NCBI GenBank assembly: GCA_977017645.1
Contig: OZ360220.1
Span: 128,464,001-128,528,000 of the forward strand
Length of the DNA: 64,000 nt
Direction: 5' to 3'
Origin: Torpedo marmorata
Lineage: Eukaryota
Shown here piece after piece: positions 13,901-25,500 of the stretch; the first letter of the stretch is position 1; each line of letters starts with the position of its first letter. Position numbers and translations under genes: made by a program. Below the pieces are notes generated by a model. That model ran no database searches, had not been told where the DNA came from, and saw only the letters and a list, made by a program, of their open reading frames with translations.

Positions 13901-16900
13901 CCCCATTTCAGCAGGGAATATTAAGAATTTTTTTGTGTATTTACGGGTAAGTATTTAATGTTATTGAAATATGTAGCTACAGTATAGCAGAAAAACTTGG
14001 GACAAACATGCAACTAGGACAACAGGAAAAATCTTTTTAATAATAATACTGCTGTTATTTATAAGAGAAAACAAAAGCAGCTTAGCTATAGCAGAAAACA
14101 TTTTATAAACACAAACTGCCGCTGTCGGTCCCCGCGCAGGTTGCGCTGCCCTGCGCTCTCCCGGCGGCCTACTGTCGATCCCCGCGCTGGTCCCACTGCC
14201 CCGCTCTCTCCCAGGAGGGAGTGGGGCGGTGGGATCAGTGTGGGGACTGGTGGCGGGATGTCGGGGGGGAGCAGTGTGGGGACTGGTGGCGGGATGTCAG
14301 GGGGGAGCGGGGCGGTGGGACTGGTGGCGGGCTGGTGGGAGCGGGACCAGTGCGGGGACCGACAGCGGACCGCCAGGAGAGTCTCCCGACAGCCCGCCAC
14401 CAGCCCCCACACTGATCCCACTGGCCCGCTCCCCCCCCACACTGATCCCACTGGCCCGCTCCCCCCCACACTGATCCCACTGCCCCGCTCCCCCCCCGAC
14501 AGCCCGCCACCAGTCCCCAACGATAAATGGCGGTGATGCGAGTGAGCCACGCAGTGACGATGATCACTGTCGGCGTTACTCACCATTATCACCCTAATTT
14601 CAACTTCGCATACAAGTCCCGGGGGATATTTTTGAGCCATTTCTTTAGGAAAATAAGTGGGTCTTATATGCCATCAAATACGGTAATTATTCTTGTCGTA
14701 ACAAGCCTCATAAACCACCTCAGTATACTGTCCCATTTTTTCCTCATCTTTCCTCCAAAGTGGCTGCTTGGCTTTGGGGTGTGATGATGCTACAGTTGGC
14801 TTTTGGGTACATGGAGTAAGGGTGGGGGGGAAAAAAATTCTTTGTGTTTCTTTCTCTTACTGATATTCAACAGCCCCTGCTGGAATATATACACAAGGTT
14901 AGTAAAAACAGGATTTGGTCCAATTGCAATAAAAACCTGAAAAGGAGCAGGAGTCAACAAATCACCTTTCATTCTCATTCTGCTAATCTACAATAAGATT
15001 ACTCAACTTTTACATCAATTGCACTTTCCCACTCTCCACCCATGTCTCTTTATTCTTTCAGTACTGGTAAGTGCATCAGTCTTAAATGTCATCATTATAG
15101 AGCATATTGGAGCCTCTAACGTACAGAATTCCATGGATGCATAACCTCCCAAGTTCCAGCAAAGTGTTATGTTTAATTTTTAGATATACAGCACAGTAAC
15201 AGGCCCTTCCGGCCCATAAGCCTGCACCACCCAAATACACCCATGTGACCAATTAACCTACTAACCCCATATGTCTGTTACTAAATAACTGACCTATTAA
15301 GATCATTTTTCATCATCAAACCTTTAAAGCCCAAAAGAATTTTGTACAATTCAATGAGGTCATCTCTTTCTAAATTGCATGGAATTGTAGACCCATTCCC
15401 CTCAATCTTCTCTTCCCCCAGGAATCAATCAACTGCATCTTTGTTGCAGTTTCTCTTGAATAAGGAGACCAAAGTTCACCAGGTATAGACCCACATAACT
15501 CGTGTATAGGTGCAGAAGGTTTATCCAACTCCTGTGCAGTAAAGACAAACCTATTATATGCTTTCCTGTACTTACTGTACTTGCATCCTTGCAGGAGGCC
15601 CCAGATCCCTGTGAATGTCAATATTTCCCAGTTTCTCACCATCTTAAAATATTTCAGTTTTCAAAGCAAAATGATTGATGTCACATTTTCCCACATTATA
15701 CTGCACCTGCTTTCTGCACATTCACTTGTTCTGTCTACATTCCTTTGCACATTCTTTCTATTCTCCTGAGTGCTTTTCTCACCTTGCTTATTATCAGCAA
15801 ATGTAGAGACCTTATACTTGGTGCTGACATCTAAATCATTGATATAGATTGTAAATCGCTGAGGTACAAACACCAATCCGTGCAGTACTCCAGTGATTAC
15901 CGTATTTTCACGCACATAACGCGCAGAAAATCATAAATTGTGTAAAAATATTTTCGTATAGCGCGCACGCATATACCGCGCGGGTGCAGTATTCTAAATT
16001 CCGACTGACAAAAGCAATTTGCATTTAATTGGGACATGAGAAAAAACACATTCCATAGTCCCAGTATCTGCCACAGTTAATCTCCCGCTATTTACACCCA
16101 TTCAACCCCCCAGAGGTGTCAATCGCCCATTATATAGATGATATCCTCCTGCAACACATTAACAAGCTTTGGAGAGGAATCAATTAAATAGATCGAAGAC
16201 AGGCTTCAGAGTTAAGCAGGATTTAATTCTGGCTCCAATATGCTCCATAATGATGACATTTAAGACTGATGCACTTTCCAGTACTGAAAGAATAAAGAGA
16301 CATGGGTGGAGAGTGCAATATATTTAAAAAGCCTTTCTTTAAAATAAACCTTATCTTGTTAAAAACAGTGTGCAATTGAGAAATTTATGGTTTGATTTGA
16401 TGTAATGAGGATGATTAAACTGATGCCATAGGGCAGAATCATCCTAATTTTGTCTCAGATCAGAGGCACTTGATATGTTAATCTCCTCCCTCAGGTGACG
16501 GTCTGGGCAATTAACTTTGATAAGGTGCAGTGCCCTAGCCAGAATATCCTGTTTCTCAGAATACCATGGCACTCAGGCCAAAGAGATATTCCCAAGATCA
16601 AAATTTTGAATTTTGCCATTTTGTATGTACCCAATTCCCATGCTCGCTATAAATTGTACGCGTTCTTTCATTGCCGCTATTGCATTCCCACGCTCGCTAA
16701 AAATTGCCGGTGAGTTTCCCACGCCCGCTATAAATTAGCGCATTCTTTTATTGCCGCTATTGCATTCTCACGTTAGCTATTGAGCGCGTTCCTTCATTGC
16801 CGCTATTGCATTCCCACGCTCGCTATAAATTGCCCGTGCGACTTTCCCACGCCCGCTATAAATAGTGTGCGTTCTTGGGACATGAGACAAAACACATTCT

Positions 16901-17796
16901 TGTCTCATTTACCCGGTACTTGGGACATGAGACAAAACATTTACTTGGGACATCAGACAAAACACATTCCATAGTCCCACTATCTGCCACAGTTAATCTC
17001 CCGCGATTTACACCCATTCAACTCCCCCCAGCGATGTTAATCGCCCATTATATAGATGATATCCTCTTGCAACACATTAACAAGCTTCGGAGAGAAATCA
17101 CTTAAATAGATCGAAGACAGGCTTCAGAGTTAAGCAGGATTTTAATTCTGTCATGATTTAAATTGTGCGCGTTGTTTCAACATGTAAAAATATTCTCGTT
17201 TAGTGCGCACGTGCATATCGCGTGAGGGGATACCTGGTTTGTAAAAAAACGCATATAATGCGCACGTTATATGCGTAAAAATATAGTATATCGCACCATC
17301 CCAACAAAAACCTGTTTCTTGCTATTTTTTTTCTCCATTAACCAATGTTAAAAATGCCCCCTACATTTGGAACAGCCACCATAGCATTAATTGGGAGATG
17401 TGATTGCATTCTGACATTATTGAACACTGTAGGAGGGGTTAGAGAGGATGCTGGGTTATGTTGAGGGTAATGAGATTAATGGTCGTTTTCTTTTCTCACT
17501 AGGATGGTGCGTGATGTGGATATAAAATGCTTTGTGTTCCAGTATTTTGGGAAAGATTTTGTGAAATCCCAGAAGTTGAGTCCGGATGCATTTATCCAGG
17601 TCGCTTTGCAGCTGGCTTATTACAGGTGTATGAAACATCACCTCCGATCTACTGTGATTAATGTTCCTTGTATATCCAAGGGTGGATTAAAGCATTTGCT
17701 TCATCATGCCTGTCCTCGCTCTTCTAAAATACCCTACTACTAAATCTGCTTCCACCATCCTTTCAGACAACTCCATTCCAGATCATGGCAACATGC

Positions 17797-17829
<33 letters not shown>

Positions 17830-19463
17830 CAAACTTCTATCCTCTGGTTCTTGCTACCTTTATCTATTCTCTTACCACTGACTTTCCTGCTACTAAAAAC
17901 AGCTATCAAAATTCCTCATAATTTTTTTAATCTTTACAATCTCCCCTTAACCTTTGCAGCTTTCTGGAGAACAAACCAAGTTTCTGTAGTCCACATTACT
18001 GAACTCTGTCATTACCATTCCAGTGAATCTTTTCTGCCTCCTTCCCAAGCCACAAAGAGTATCCTTGTATGATGCCCAGAAATTTTCATGGGTCTCCAGC
18101 TAACTTCCAATTTGTAAAACTTTGAACACAATTTCCTTGCTTTTCTTTTGTTCTCATGCATTGCATTCAAAGCCTCAAATTATAAAGCTCAGGATTCTGT
18201 ATGCTGCTTAAAAATATATTTTAAAAGCTATAGGATATCCAGCCGCTGACTTGCAGTATTCCACCCCTTTTTTGTGTGTCAAGCCCAATTACATTCCTGG
18301 TGAATAGTGACACAACATCAACAACAACGGCAGTGCAAAGGTAGGTGGTTAGGTTTTGTTGGACATTTCATTCTGTAGGACTCTATTAACTGGCACTTTG
18401 GAACACTATTATTTTCATGTATCAGCCCATGCCAGAATGTTGCCCAGCTCGATGCATGGATTGCATCACTTGTTGAGTTACAAATGGAATAGAACATTCC
18501 CCTCTCTTGTAAAGGATGGAGACTGATGAAGCAGCTAAAATGGTTGCACCTAGATAGGAAAGGTTTAGAGGCATGTGGGCCAAACTCCGGCAAATAGGAC
18601 TTCCTTGGTTAGCATGGACAGGTTGAGCTGAAGGGTCTGCTTCTGTGCTGTGCAACTCTGAGAAATAGGAGGAGATTGAAATCCAACAACACAGCCATCT
18701 TCCTTTGTGATTTGATTTTGTCCTTGATGCCCATTAATTTCAGTTTTACCAGGGCTACTTGATGCCATTTGTCAGATGGTGCCTTGAAATCTGAGATGAT
18801 CATGTGGGCTCATCTTGCCTTTGGAATTCAGCTTGGACCATGTTTTGTGGAGCCGTGTGGTCCTGGCAAAACCAACCTCGGCATTTGTGAGCAGGTTATT
18901 CCACCTGATGGTACTGTCGAAGATGCCTTCCGTCACACGGCTGCTGATTGAATGTAGGCTGCGTGATAATTAGTTGGATTAGATTTGTCCCTCTTGTGAA
19001 TAGGAAGTAACTGGGCATTTTTCCAAATATCAAACAACATTTACATTTATTCCAAAAAGATATTGGCTGATGTAGAGTTCCTTCATTTTCTGTATTGGTA
19101 TTCTGATTGACCAAAAAAAACTAATGAAATCAGCTCCTCTTGCATCTTATATTAGTTTCACATTGCTGGTCAGATGCTAGTATTGTAACAGTTTGGCTAA
19201 AGGTGTGGCTAATTCTGAAGTTTAAGTCTCCAGTGCAATAACTGGAATGAAGTCTGGTCATAGAAAACCTACAGCACAATACAGGCCCTTTGGCCCACAA
19301 AGTTGTGCTGAAACATGTCCCTACCTTAGAAATTACTAGGCTTACCCATAGCCCTCTATTTTTCTAAGCTCCATGTACCTATCCAAAAGTCTCTTAAAAG
19401 ACCCTATCGTATCCGCCTCCACCACCGTTGCCGGCAGCCCATTCCACGCACCTGCCACTCTGC

Positions 19464-19501
<38 letters not shown>

Positions 19502-22500
19502 TACCCCTGACATCTCCTCTGTACCTACTCCCCAGCACCTTAAACCTGTGTCCTCTTGTGGCAACCATTTCAGCCCTGGGAAAAAGCCTCTGACTATCCA
19601 CATGATCAATGCCTCTCATCCTCCGTCGCTCCAATGAGAAAAGGCTGAGTTCACTCAACCTGTTTTCATAAGGCATGCTCACTAATCCAGGCAACATCCT
19701 TGTAAATCTCCTTTGCACCCTTTCTATGACTTCCACATCCTTCGGGTAGTGAGGTGACCAGAACTGAGCACAGTACTCCAAGTGGGGTCTGACCAGGGTC
19801 CTATGTTGCTGCAACATTACCTCTCGGCTCCTAAATTCAATTCCACGATTAATGAAGGCCAATACACCGTATGCCTTCTTAACCACAGAGTCAACCTGCG
19901 CAGCTGCTTTGAGCGTCCTATGGACTCGGACCCCAAGATCCCTCTGATCCTCCACACTACCAAGAGTCTTACCATTAATACTATATTCTGCTATCATATT
20001 TGACCTACCAAAATGAACCACTTCACACTTATCTGGGTTGAACTCCATCTGCCACTTCTTAGCCCAGTTTTGCATCCTATCAATGTCCCACTGTAACCTC
20101 TGACAGCCCTCCACAACACCCCAACCTTTGTGTCATCAGCAAACTTACGAATCCATCCCTCCACTTCCTCATCCAGGTTACATAAAAATCACGAAGATTA
20201 AGGGTCCCAGAACAGATCCCTGAGGAACACCACTGGTCACCAACCTCCATATAGAATATGACCCATCTACAACCACTCTTTGCCTTCTGTGGGCAAGCCA
20301 GTTCTGGATCCACAAAGCAATGTCCCCTTGGATCCCATTCCTCCTTACTTTCTCAATAAGCCTTGCATGTGGTACCTTATCAAATGCCTTGCTGAAATCC
20401 ATATACACTACATCTACTGCTCTTCCTTCATCAATGTATTTAGTCACATCCTCAAAAAATTCAATCAGGCTCGTAAGGCACGACCTGCCCTTAACAAAGC
20501 CATGCTGACTATTCCTAATCATATTATACCTCTCCAAATGTTCATAAATCCTGCCTCTCAGGATCTTCTCCATCAACTTACCAACCACTGAAGTAAGACT
20601 CACTGGGCTATCTCTACTCCCTTTCTTGAATAAAGGAACAACATCCGCAACCCTCCAAAACTTCTCCAGTCCCCATTGATGATTCAAAGATCATTGCCAG
20701 AGGTTCAGCAATCTCCTCCCTCGCCTCCCACAGTAGCCTGGGGTACATCTCATCTGGATGCTTTCCAAAAGCTCCAGCACGTCCTTTCTCTTAATATCTA
20801 CTGTACATGCTCAAGCTTTTCAATCTGCTGCAAGTCATCACTACAATCACCAAGATCCTTTTCCATAGTGAATATTGAAGTAAAGTATTCATCAAGTACC
20901 TCTGCTATTTCCTCTGGTTCCATACACACTTTCCCACTGTCACATTTGATAGGTCCTATTCTTTCACGTCTTATCCTCTTGCTCTTCACATACTTGTAGA
21001 ATGCCTTGGGGTTTTCCTTAATCCTGCCCACCAAGGCCTTCTCATGGCCCCTTCTAGCTCTCCTAATTTCCTTTTTAAGCTCCTTCCTGTTAGCCTTATA
21101 ATCTTCTAGATCTCTAACATTACCCAGCTCTCAACCTTTTGTAAGCTTTTCTTTTCTTCTTGACTAGATTTATTACAGCCTTTGTACACCACGGTTCCTG
21201 GACCCTACCATAACTTCCCTGTCTCATTGGAACGTACCTATGCAGAACTCCACACAAATATCCCCAGAACATTTGTCACATTTCTTCTGTACTTTTCCCT
21301 GAGAACATCTGTTCCCAATTTAAGCTTCCAATTTCCTGCCTGATTGCCTCATAATTCCCCTTACTCCAATTAAACTCTTTTCTAACTCGTCTGTTCCTAT
21401 CTCTCTCCAATGCTATTGTAAAGGAGATAGAATTATGATCATTATCTCCAAAATGCTCTCGAGAGATCTGACACCTGACCAGGTTCACTTCCCAATACCA
21501 AATCAAGTACAGTCTCTCCTCTTGTAGGCTTATCTACATATTGTCAAGAAACCTTCCTGAACACACCTAACAAACTCCACCCCTTCTAAACCCCTTGCTC
21601 TAGGGAGATGCCAATCGATATTTGGGAAATTAAAATCTCCCATCACAACTCTTATTATTACACCTTTCCAGGATCCATTTCCCTCTCTGCTTCTCGATAT
21701 CCCTGTTCCTATTGGGCGGCCTATTAAAGAAAAAAACACCCAGTAAAGTTATTGACCCCTTCCTGTTCCTAACCTCCACCCACAGAGACTCCGTAGACAA
21801 TCCCTCCATGACGTCCACCTTTTCTGCAGCCGTGACACTCTCTGATCAACAGTGCCACGCCCCCACCTCTTTTGCCTCCCTCCCTGTCCTTTCTGAAACA
21901 TCTAAAACCCGGCACTTGAAGTAAGCATTCCTGTCCCTGAGCCATCCAAGTCTCTGTAATGGCCACCACATCATAGCTCCAAGTACTGATCCACGCTCTA
22001 AGCTCATCCGCTTTGTTCACAATACTCCTTGCGTTAAAATACACATCTCAAACTGTCTGAGCACGTCCCTTCTCTATCACAAGGAGAGGAGCAAGTTAGG
22101 GTGGGGGTGGGGGAAACTGTACAGGTTAGCATTTCCAGGTCGGAAATTTGCCCCTGCTTCCAATGCAAAGGCATATCTCCCCCACCAACTCAGAAGTCCA
22201 AATAGAGTTTGACCAGCAGTCTGCCCTTCTTCATCGCCTTGCTATGCTTCTGTCTCCTGGCAGGATATATGGCGAGCATTGTGCAACCTATGAAAGTGCC
22301 TCCCTGCGGAAGTTTCACCTTGGGCGAACTGACACAATTCGCTCAGCCTCTGTCGAATCCTCAGTTTTTGTGCGTGCCATGGATAACCCGCAGGAACAGG
22401 TACTTGTACCTCCTGAAGTGCTACATTCCTACCACAATGAAACCCATTTGGGACCAAAATTGCTCTCTCTCGCATCTACGATTCTTGGGTTAAACCATTA

Positions 22501-25500
22501 TTAGCAATTAGTACTTGGTATAAAGTGTGGTGATTTTAAAAAAGAAAAGTTTTGATAAAGAGAAAACTGTGTTCATATGTCTACCAGACATGGGGGGCTG
22601 TCATTAACTTGATGCCATAAATCTATGACCGTTCACAGAAGAGCCAGAGATGGGGATGAGACACAAATGATGGAATCAGGTTAAATAGTAAATTTACAAA
22701 AGGAAATTGTATAAATGTCGCAGTGTTGTGGCAAAAAAACAGGGAGAGTGAGGAATGATCTTTTGCTGAACCAGCATGATGGATCAAATAGCCTTGCCCT
22801 GTGCTGCCCAATTTTATATTTTTATTTGTGGGTGTTGGGGTTTGGTTTAAGTGCAGGCATTTAGTGTGTATGCTTGCTGTTCTGTGTCCTGCTTTCCATT
22901 TCTCCTGCAAATTGGAAATACAGCAGCCAACCTGCCCACAGCAATACATGAGGCCTTTTCACATTGGCAACCCGCTAAACGGCGTGTGAACAACCCATTT
23001 TGAAATACCGGTAGGGCCGTTCACACTGGACCAAGAAAAACCGGTTCCGTGCGCCCTTTCACATGACCTACCCGGTATCGCAGAGCTAAGGGGAGCCCAA
23101 CCTCCAGCGGTGATGTCCTGAGTGACATATTCTATAAGGAGATTACCCACACCTCACTCCAGCCCCTCACTCCCCGGGTGGGGGGCGTGTGGGTGTTAAA
23201 AGTGAGAAAACAGATTCGATGGGTCTCAAAAGCAAGGACTGAACGCAGTTTCGTAGTAAATGATTTTATTTACAAAAGACGGGTGTGGGGAAATGGTAAC
23301 GGGGATAACACGCGCGCAGTTTATAGCGAGCGTGGGAAAGTGGTAGTGGGAATAAAAACATATGAGCATGGGAAAGTCGCACCAACAATGAAACACACGC
23401 GCACAATTTATAGATGAATGTGGGAAAATCGCACCGGCAATGAAACAGGCATAAAAATGGTATCTTGCCACCCAACCATCAGAACTGCTAGAAGTAATTG
23501 AGGATTATTTTTTACTCCATACCACAAATGTTCAATTTGATGAACAGCATGTGGACTGCTTGTAGTCATTCGGACAAGTTCCTGTTGTTGTTTTCCTTCT
23601 GCACTCTTTCCATATGCCAGTTAAGTGTTCTTTGCTGTGATCTCACCTTTTTGTTCTTTCCATTCCCTGCCTCTAAGAACCTCCCACACATGCAAGAACG
23701 TCATCAGCGCGTCACTAATGGGACCCGGCATACCGGGTCACCCATTCACATTGGAGCCGATTCGAAACGGATCGGCTTTGATACAACCTCCCGAGGCGGT
23801 TAATTCCCGGGTCGATTTGGACTCCCCCATACCGGGTTGGGAGCATTCACACTGGCATGTGACCCGGTAAGTTCCCACTTTCAAGTGCCAGTGTGAAAGG
23901 GGCTATGGATTGCTTCAGTGATGTGGAATCCATACTAGCCTTCTACTGTGCTATATCATTAAAAAAAATAGATGATTAGGTGGAGACATTTCTTTTTAAG
24001 ACATATACAGCCCTGTAACAGGCTATTTCAGCCCACGAGTCCATGCTGCCCAATTTACACCCCCGGAGAAAATCCACGGGAAGAACATACAAATTCCTTA
24101 CAGACAGCGCGGGATTCGAATCCCGGTCCGGTCCCGATCGCTGGCGCTGTGCTAACCGCTACGCCAACCGTGCCATGAATTCTGCCAAGATTGTGTAGTC
24201 TTGATTTACTATCTGTTTTAAAGTACAATGGCTTGTGAATCTGATGATACTTTATTCACTCATGGGAGATGTTAGCATTCATTTTCCATCCCAAATGATT
24301 CCTGAACTGAAGTAATGAAGTCAGCCAAATTAGTGTTTCAGACTAGGTAAGAACACCAGATTTCCTTCTTTTAAGGTCAATTCTTGGTGAACCACATGGG
24401 ATTTTACAAAAGGCTGTATCGTTAGCATTTCATTCGCTGATATCTGTCTTTACTTCTGGATTTACTTAATTAACTAAATATGAATTCCCTGTTTGCCATG
24501 GTGGGGTTTAAACTCTTGATGCTGTTTCAGTGATCCAGGCCTCAGAATGCTGGTCCAATAACAGAGCTGCAATGCCTCCAAACTGCCTCAGGCTGGTATG
24601 CACTGTTATTTTCTAAATGCTTTCTAGTGCGTTAAATTCTATTGTTTAATTCTTAGGCTCATGTATAATCCATGCCTTACTGTGGGCAATTAATCAATTT
24701 GCTGTAGCAGTTCAAATCATTGTACTGTGGTGCAGCATGGACCTGCATTCATGGATCCTGACGCTATCTGTGGAGAGCTTGAAAGTCTGTGACCAATTGG
24801 GTTTTTTCTAAGTGCTCCAGTTTCCTCTTGAAGATACGGTGGGCAAATTGGCAACTGTAACTTGCCCATTTGTATTGGTTAATGGTACAAAGAATCAAAA
24901 GGAAATTGATGGGCTTGAGGTAATAAAGACAGGAAATTAGGCTAATGGGATGGCTTCTCTGGGAGCTAAATGGACTCCTGTTTTAAATGTTTGATAGGTT
25001 GAGCATCTCAGCTGGATCAAGTCCTATCATATGTGCTCTTTCCTAACCTGGAGCAAAAAGCACAGACCCTCCAACCTGCACCAGCTCCAAGTTCAACAAT
25101 GTGTCATTTAGAATATCACCCTTTTCAAACCCCTCCATGGCCCTGCTGCTACCTCCCAACTGTTATGTTCATCAGCACTTTAAAAATTCTGGGCCCTTCA
25201 ATTCTGGTTTCTTGTCCATTTCCAATTTTCATCTCAAGTATAGTGTGCCTTCAATCATTCTCAGATTCTGTCCCTCAACATTGCCACCTGCCTTTCCTTT
25301 AAAGCACTTCTTTAAAGCCTCTCTGACCAAACTTTTGAAATATCTCTATGTACATTCCAGTCTAATAACTTCCATGACTCTATAAATACGAGCTCGTTTC
25401 TTCCCTCCTCAGTTGCTGACTTGACTGCTATCTGTTTTGAGTTCTGCAAAATAATCTTTTGATCATTCTCCATTTTTGACAGTTATTTTGTTTTATGTTT

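Noticed and set aside
14086-14640. Pro/Gly-rich ORFs of 110-184 aa
   Set aside because: They arise from a stop-poor GC minisatellite inside a MITE and are open in several frames on both strands.
16630-16960. CRISPR-like repeat array
   Set aside because: Degenerate tandem units without unique spacers, eukaryotic context and no cas genes.
19466-19499. Poly(A) tail of a separate retrocopy
   Set aside because: It is an expansion of a native A-run within the CR1 3' coding region; the flanks are contiguous CR1.
24100-24174. tRNA gene
   Set aside because: A and B boxes are present, but there is no cloverleaf and it continues into a SINE core.
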